Shown in pieces: positions 59,001 to 64,000 of a stretch of DNA of 64,000 bases. The translations under genes and the position numbers were made by a program. The notes under the pieces were generated by a model, which saw only the letters and a list, made by a program, of their open reading frames with translations, made no database searches and was not told the origin of the DNA. Source of the DNA: an uncultured Alphaproteobacteria bacterium (GTDB lineage Bacteria > Pseudomonadota > Alphaproteobacteria > CAAHEQ01 > UBA3637); contig CASEYR010000002.1 in the NCBI GenBank assembly GCA_949292205.1, positions 34,777-98,776 of the forward strand, in the 5' to 3' direction. Numbering within the stretch: position 1 is the stretch's first letter; each line of letters begins with the position of its first letter.

Positions 59001-59907
59001 GACTCAAATCGTTTGGGATATGCCTCGTCAAAGTTTAGATGTTTCTATTCCGGTTACGTTGCAACCCTTGTCCGATTTTCCGCCGTTCGTGTTGGGTATC
59101 TCGGTTCATGATAATCAAAGCACTTATACCCCCAGCTTTGCTGATTTGTCGGTGGCTATTTCTAATCGTGTTCAGGCTGCCGTTAATAATCAGGTTCAAC
59201 AACAAAAAGCGGTTGCTTTGAAGGCGGCTGCCGAAAAACGGGAAGATAGATTGCGGGAGGCCAAACAATTGTCCGGAGATGCTCGGGCTGCCGTCGCCGA
59301 AATGGATTCTGCCTTGGCGGCTTATCCCTCTGAAAAAGCCGATCTGATTTTGCAATCGGCCAGAGATGCTTTGGCTCTGGTTAATCAGGCCTCCGTTCGC
59401 GAAGATCCGACCGATGCTCAGCTGATTCAGATGATTGAACAGTCTCGCTTAATCCTCTTGAAGGCTGATGAATTCAAAAGCGTCTTATCAAGAGATACTC
59501 TGTTCGATACCCAAAAGCAAATGAATGATTATCGCTCTCGCGGTACCGAAATGACTCAACAACTCAAACAGTGGGCAACGGATTATCCAGAGGTCCTTAT
59601 CTTGGTTCGCTTGGCGGATAATGCTGAACAAAACTTGTCCTTGATTGAACGGGCTAATACGGCTCTGCCTCAGCTACAAAATCAAGATCAAATTAGTCAG
59701 GCTATGGCCGTCGCCGCAGAGGCTTGTCAGAAAATTGAAAAGGCTTATGCTCACGCACAGAGATTTGATTTGAGCGCGTTGGATGCTTTGGCGGAAACGC
59801 CTGATGACAATACAGAGGCTCCGGAAGAGGCTGAAAGTGTTGAAGAACCCTACCACTCAGGATACTCGTCAAGGGGTATTAAAGGCACGATCGGACGCGC
59901 AAACTGA
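56029..59907 (+). CDS. AsmA-family protein with helical C-terminal extension
   Basis: N-terminal TM, YQKQVIASIKDLTGR..G, PMP, long beta-rich body, LNGTG..GG.I.GI AsmA_2-like region. Confidence 0.85.
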   Translation: MKKFFIILGLVFLVVIGGGMTLMVMSFNPTAYQKQVIASIKDLTGRDLFVGGTTSITWSPMPTIVMKNIRLANINQSQQDTMLTAETVRVEIEWASLFKTPLVVKRIELTKPVLLLERLESNRANFAFPFLLDPDRQLEEMDFLSGGSSSTKIDSVLIKNGQIRYVNHITKTQMTLSDVNGDLAVDSLRGPFRFTGEGLVGAHKYVLSVNTGMFKSSVPVDLSFKIKESESGTAMDFSGRLTPDSMEMWFNGVGSFSVKKPNILLGAIGLPSTNVADGKSAVGNLSLEITPTSDRLKDFTVRFGDDDKAVAVTGSVVRSTQGKVPVYDISLGLNSFNPDAWKSYLSQLNWGWIEAKKDYPDISFQINAKSVPFMKDAIQDLALSGQYGSGVLRLNKISAVLPGRTTVVASGVAGQQGTISALSLDTQIESDSIKTLLSWLMPDNKWIKETNMLQKGRFVGRINLTPQIIGANIRELKLDASVVTGSIQRTLSDKPAYDVKLAFNNVNVDSYTGWQPAKTKTDIQVLPVRLKEALEKATWMGQNAIRASIDVNDLQVFNVPISSMRASGYLANGILKIDTLNLRNMANANLVASGSIEGVGRPQMNFAGVSVKFDTRQLPLLLDRAKLTSSLPLIQSAGEVSAEASVSGGRNGSWTLGLQAALSDTNIRMGGLVDALETQPNFRNFSFDIAHPNFQNFMRLIKPDFKALPKLDGSFKAKGILTGTSRHFDIKDGFFGAGIQQLTGTLTFDDKQIRSITADVSSPSLDLERFLPETATLYTSVNGFGKSAFKLDELEKWRWNIQLRAGQMIYRDLDIRQAEVGIQLENKALKLVNLSGVNGTKEDAPIKVSGSFDWNTNPTLTATFDIQNVPLRSDFMVLHDVAFGNGLLSVTGELKARGNSPSELVSDLNGTGRLSVLGGQIIGIGIEQMIPLVTRALQRNEEADVFEPQFRRVLTSGKTVLNDISGDFVIADGVVRMMDLTLNTANSTANPTQIVWDMPRQSLDVSIPVTLQPLSDFPPFVLGISVHDNQSTYTPSFADLSVAISNRVQAAVNNQVQQQKAVALKAAAEKREDRLREAKQLSGDARAAVAEMDSALAAYPSEKADLILQSARDALALVNQASVREDPTDAQLIQMIEQSRLILLKADEFKSVLSRDTLFDTQKQMNDYRSRGTEMTQQLKQWATDYPEVLILVRLADNAEQNLSLIERANTALPQLQNQDQISQAMAVAAEACQKIEKAYAHAQRFDLSALDALAETPDDNTEAPEEAESVEEPYHSGYSSRGIKGTIGRAN

Positions 59908-60000
59908 TTGATGGTCGGCTTTGTGTCAGAATCGGCCAGGGTTGACTTTTTCCCTTGGGCGGGATATATCTGATAATAAGGGTATCTACGAGGAGTCATA

Positions 60001-61113
60001 ATGGGATTTGCGTTACAACAAAACGGACAGAAAATGACCCTGTCTATTTCGGGTGAGTTCGTCCGATATCAAGATCCCGCCGAAACAGATCGGCTGATTC
60101 GTCATATCAAAAAGAGTAATCCAAAAGCTTTGGTCTTGACAGATGCCGGAATCGGACGATGGGACTCCTCTTTGCTTGTTGTCTTGTATCAAATTGTGCG
60201 GATGGCTCGCCTTGCCGAAATACCGGTTCAAAAACAAACATTGCCGGAGGGGTTGCAACGTTTAATTGATTTGGCTTTTTCGGTTGATAGAAAACCGTCT
60301 CGCCCGAATCCGGCTCGATTGGGCTTTATTTCTTATATCGGAGATGTCGGTATACGAGCAATGAATAGCGTTCGGCGGGGACTTGATTTTTGTCGCCAAA
60401 TTTGTATCTCTATGGGGCGTTTCGTCTGCGGTAAGGCTGTCTTGCGTCCGATTGATTTTTGGTTCGCTTTGGATGATTGCGCTCCGAAAGCTGTCGGAAT
60501 CGTTTCTTTAATCAGCTTTATGGTCGGTTTAATCTTGGCTTTCGTCGGGGCAATCCAATTGAAGTCTTTTGGGGCTCAGATCTATGTCGCCAGCTTGGTG
60601 ACGATCGGAATGACTCGGATTATGGGCGCTATTATGGTGGGTGTTATTATGGCTGGACGAACGGGTGCTTCCTTTGCCGCAACAATCGGAACAATGCAAG
60701 TCAATGAAGAATTGGACGCTCTTCAAACTATGGGAATTTCCAGAACCGATTTCCTTGTCTTGCCCAGAGTGCTGGCTCTGGTTCTGGCTATGCCTGTTCT
60801 GGCGATGCTTGCCGATATTATGGGCATGTTGGGCGGTGCCGCCGTCGGTATCTTTATGTTGGGGATTTCTCCGCCTGAATATATTCATTATTCTATTGAG
60901 GCTTTTAATTTAACAAACTTTTTTGTCGGTGTCTTTCACGGCTTCGTCTTTGGTATTGTTATCGCTTTGTGCGGGTGCTACTTTGGGATTCATTGCGGAC
61001 GGAATGCCGATAGCGTCGGTGTGGCTACAACTAAAGCCGTTGTCTATGCTATCGTTTGGATGATTATTATGACCGGTTTGATTACTTTGATGTGTGAGGT
61101 GTTGGACATATGA
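60001..61113 (+). CDS. mlaE: MlaE-family ABC permease with N-terminal STAS-like domain
   Basis: MAGRTGASFAATIGTMQVNEELDAL, LVLPR, VGVATTKAVV. Confidence 0.9.
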   Translation: MGFALQQNGQKMTLSISGEFVRYQDPAETDRLIRHIKKSNPKALVLTDAGIGRWDSSLLVVLYQIVRMARLAEIPVQKQTLPEGLQRLIDLAFSVDRKPSRPNPARLGFISYIGDVGIRAMNSVRRGLDFCRQICISMGRFVCGKAVLRPIDFWFALDDCAPKAVGIVSLISFMVGLILAFVGAIQLKSFGAQIYVASLVTIGMTRIMGAIMVGVIMAGRTGASFAATIGTMQVNEELDALQTMGISRTDFLVLPRVLALVLAMPVLAMLADIMGMLGGAAVGIFMLGISPPEYIHYSIEAFNLTNFFVGVFHGFVFGIVIALCGCYFGIHCGRNADSVGVATTKAVVYAIVWMIIMTGLITLMCEVLDI

Positions 61114-61880
61114 TGAATCAAACCTTAATTGATGTGCAAAAGTTGACTATCGCCTATGGGGATTTCGTTTTGTTGAAAGATGTTTCCTTTCAGGTAAAGC
61201 AGGGAGATATCTTCATTATTATGGGCGGTTCCGGTTGTGGAAAAAGTAGCTTGCTGCGGGTGTTGACCGGATTAACACCGGCTTCCGGTGGAAAAGCTTT
61301 TGTTGCCGGTGTCGATATGGTGTCTGCTTCGGCGGCTCAAAAAGATGTCGTGATGCGTCGCTGTGGTATTCTCTACCAAAGCGGGGCTTTGTTCAGCTCG
61401 ATGACCGTTGCCGATAATATCGCTCTGCCACTGCGACAATATACGGACTATTCCGATAAGATGATTCGAGAACTGGTCGCTTTGAAATTGGCTCTGGTCG
61501 GCTTGGCCGGCTTTCAGGATTTTTATCCCTCTGAATTAAGCGGCGGCATGAAAAAACGCGCCGGTTTGGCCAGAGCTTTAGCTTTGGATCCCGAAATCGT
61601 TTATTTTGATGAGCCTTCCGCAGGATTGGATCCAATTAGCTCTAAATTGCTGGACGATTTAATCTTGGATATTAATCAGAGCTTGGGAACGACAATTGTT
61701 ATCGTGACTCATGAATTATCTTCTATCTTTGCTATCGGACGCGATTCTGTCTTTTTAGATGCAACCAAGCGTAGTGTTGGTGCTCGCGGAAATCCCACAG
61801 AGCTATTGAAGAATCCGCCAAATAAAACTGTTTATGAATTTTTAACAAGGGGACATACGGATGCCAAAGGAACCAAATAA
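61110..61880 (+). CDS. mlaF: MlaF-family ABC ATPase
   Basis: GGSGCGKS, QSGALFSSM, LSGGMKKRAGLARA, FDEPSAGLDP. Confidence 0.9.
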   Translation: MMNQTLIDVQKLTIAYGDFVLLKDVSFQVKQGDIFIIMGGSGCGKSSLLRVLTGLTPASGGKAFVAGVDMVSASAAQKDVVMRRCGILYQSGALFSSMTVADNIALPLRQYTDYSDKMIRELVALKLALVGLAGFQDFYPSELSGGMKKRAGLARALALDPEIVYFDEPSAGLDPISSKLLDDLILDINQSLGTTIVIVTHELSSIFAIGRDSVFLDATKRSVGARGNPTELLKNPPNKTVYEFLTRGHTDAKGTK

Positions 61881-62655
61881 AAAAGCTGTTGGAATTTTTT
61901 TGATTGTTGGATTCATCTTGTTTACGATAATCGTCGGTCATGCTGTTATCGGACGTTTGTTCAATAGAGATCAAAGTGTGGCGATTATGTATTTTGATGA
62001 GTCCGTTAAGGGGTTAAATGTCGGCTCTCCCGTCGTCTTTAACGGTGTTGAAATCGGTAAAGTAACCAAAATAGAGCTTATCGGCGATCCGCAAAATATG
62101 ACTTTTAGCGTTCCGGTCTATGTGCGGTTGACTCCGATGCAGGAAACCGGTGGAATCGCTAACCAAATCTGGCGGGGAAAAACGATGCTGGATTTGATGA
62201 TTGAAAAGGGATTACGTGCCAGATTGTTGACTCAGAGTTATTTGACAGGACAGTTGATGATTGAATTAAGTATGTTGCCCAATACGCCCATTAACTTAAA
62301 AAATGCTGAACGGGATAGTCGCCGAAATATCCCTGAAATCCCGACTGTTTTATCTCCTTCGGGGGAATTATCAAAGGGCTTGCAGGATTTGCCAATTCGG
62401 CGTTCTATGGAGAAAATGGAACAGATTTTGGATTCTCTGCAAAAACAGTTGCCGATTATCTTGCCGGCGTTGGCTTCGGCATCCAAAAATTTGGCCGACA
62501 TTACCGAAAAAATTGCGCCACAATTTGATGATATCGTCAATAATTTAAATAAGGCTTTGTATGATATATCCGATGCCGCCAGAAGTTTGCGTAATTTTGC
62601 TGATTATGTTGAGCGTCACCCTGAATCATTATTAAAAGGAAAAAAAGGAGATTGA
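61861..62655 (+). CDS. mlaD: MlaD/MCE-domain protein
   Basis: FDESVKGLNVGSPVVFNGVEIG, GLRARL..LTGQL, ERHPESLLKG. Confidence 0.88.
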   Translation: MPKEPNKKAVGIFLIVGFILFTIIVGHAVIGRLFNRDQSVAIMYFDESVKGLNVGSPVVFNGVEIGKVTKIELIGDPQNMTFSVPVYVRLTPMQETGGIANQIWRGKTMLDLMIEKGLRARLLTQSYLTGQLMIELSMLPNTPINLKNAERDSRRNIPEIPTVLSPSGELSKGLQDLPIRRSMEKMEQILDSLQKQLPIILPALASASKNLADITEKIAPQFDDIVNNLNKALYDISDAARSLRNFADYVERHPESLLKGKKGD

Positions 62656-62656
62656 G

Positions 62657-63238
62657 ATGAAAAAATGGACTGTTGTTTTTTTGCTGTTTTCTTTAACGGC
62701 TTGCTTTGGAGGCGTGTCGGATCCGTCCCGTTTTTATACGCTTTCTCCCGTTGTTCAAACCCCTGTTTCCGAAAAAATGACGGCTTCGGTCGGTATAGAC
62801 AGAGTTCAAATTTCTCGCTATCTTGATCGCCCTCAAATCATTACTCAATCCGCTGAAACAACCGAAATTAAAGTTTCTGAAACAAATCGATGGATTGAAC
62901 CCCTCTCAAATTTGGTTCAACGGATTTTAGCCGAGGATTTGGCTAATGCTCTACCAAATGCTCAGGTTAAAATGAAAACGCAGGGGCGGGAAGATTTTTC
63001 TTACGTCCTGTCCGTTGATATCGTGAAAATGGATACTCTTTTGGGAAATCAGGCTTCTTTAGAGGCGTGGTTCTTGATTCAAAATCATGCCGGGCAGGTT
63101 ATCTATCGTCAAAAAGTATCTGAATCTATGCCGGTCAGCTCTTCTTTTGATGATTTGGCAAAGGCCCAGAGTGAGCTTTTGGGCCGATTGGCTGATCGTA
63201 TCGCTCGGCAAATTGTTCGCTTGTCCGCTAAAGGTTAA
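62657..63238 (+). CDS. PqiC-like lipoprotein
   Basis: Lipobox LTA-C, RFYTL, YLDRPQII, RWIEPL. Confidence 0.85.
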   Translation: MKKWTVVFLLFSLTACFGGVSDPSRFYTLSPVVQTPVSEKMTASVGIDRVQISRYLDRPQIITQSAETTEIKVSETNRWIEPLSNLVQRILAEDLANALPNAQVKMKTQGREDFSYVLSVDIVKMDTLLGNQASLEAWFLIQNHAGQVIYRQKVSESMPVSSSFDDLAKAQSELLGRLADRIARQIVRLSAKG

Positions 63239-63250
63239 GCTCTGCCGAAT

Positions 63251-64000
63251 TTATCGAAAATCGGAACTTGGCTCTTGTGCCGAAACAGTTACTTCAAATC
63301 CATCCGATGTATTTCGATAGGTGAGAGTGCTTTTATACAGTCTTGTAATTCGATCGACAATAGATAGTCCGAGTCCGCTACCGCTCTCTTTCTGTCCCGC
63401 CGGACGATAAAAACGGTGTGTGAGGCGTTCTAAAACCGTATCCTCTACATGTGTCCCTGTATTGAGAACAATCAGCTTGTAATCGCGCAGGGTGATTTGG
63501 ACAGTGGCTCCATTCGGGCTATATCGGACGGCATTATCAACTAAATTGCGGATAATAAGACCCGCTAAAATCGGATTTCCGTGTGAGAAGGGGCCTGCAT
63601 CCGATAAATCGGTTTTGAACATAATGTTCTTTTCCTGTGCCGGTTGTTGATAATCCGATATCATTTGATGAATAATGGAATGCCAATCTATTCGGGTTTG
63701 GGTATCGGAATGGGCTTCCGATTCGGCTCGTGAAAGAGCTAATAATTGTTCGACTAACCGACTGGCTCGGTCAATGCCTGTTGATAATTTTGTCAGTGCC
63801 TCTGAACGCATCCGATCATCATCTGTTGCCAGTTGTGCAATCTCTAATTGGACTTTAAGCGCTGTCAGCGGTGTTCGGAGTTCGTGCGCCGAATCGGCTA
63901 TAAAACGACGTTCTCTATCTAAGGTGCTTTGTATCTTTCCCAATAGAAGATTCATCGATTGAATCAGGGGTTTGACCTCGGTCGGTAATCTATCATCGGA
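63251..64000 (-). CDS. QseC/BasS-like sensor histidine kinase, C-terminal part
   Basis: ERRFIADSAHELRTPL, NLVDNAVRYS, RFYR, GSGLGLSIV; frame continues off the window edge. Confidence 0.9.
   Translation of the reverse strand, partial: SDDRLPTEVKPLIQSMNLLLGKIQSTLDRERRFIADSAHELRTPLTALKVQLEIAQLATDDDRMRSEALTKLSTGIDRASRLVEQLLALSRAESEAHSDTQTRIDWHSIIHQMISDYQQPAQEKNIMFKTDLSDAGPFSHGNPILAGLIIRNLVDNAVRYSPNGATVQITLRDYKLIVLNTGTHVEDTVLERLTHRFYRPAGQKESGSGLGLSIVDRITRLYKSTLTYRNTSDGFEVTVSAQEPSSDFR

Overview
Origin-proximal chromosomal region of an alphaproteobacterium (ctrA, rpoH, hdaA-type cluster, TipN-like gene, rsmG-parA-parB). It is probably a reduced, host-associated anaerobe; this is inferred from the ADP-forming acetate-CoA ligase, IleRS2 and the G|RSMVE-type pilin-like proteins. 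Most of the window is housekeeping. A DnaA-box cluster between cysS and dnaQ (likely oriC) and two parS sites upstream of rsmG are visible. There are three intact tRNAs: Ser-GCT, Glu-CTC and Thr-CGT. The most unusual feature is a ~6 kb AT-rich integrative element (tyrosine integrase, HUH rolling-circle Rep, agmatine-deiminase-family, XRE and UDG-superfamily genes) in tRNA-Thr(CGT). It restores the tRNA with its own promoter plus 5' half, and it also carries a second, different tRNA 3' half in inverted orientation. This gives three anticodon-loop crossover cores that could support excision and two different inversions. Other notable signals are helically phased clusters of the palindrome TGTAATTACA at four loci, a MazEF pair with an apparently inactivated toxin coupled to a TipN-like gene, a PyrD homolog lacking its catalytic residues, and a Sec-exported pilin-like protein facing a pilin-lectin adhesin. 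All calls were made by eye from motifs; no database search was run.
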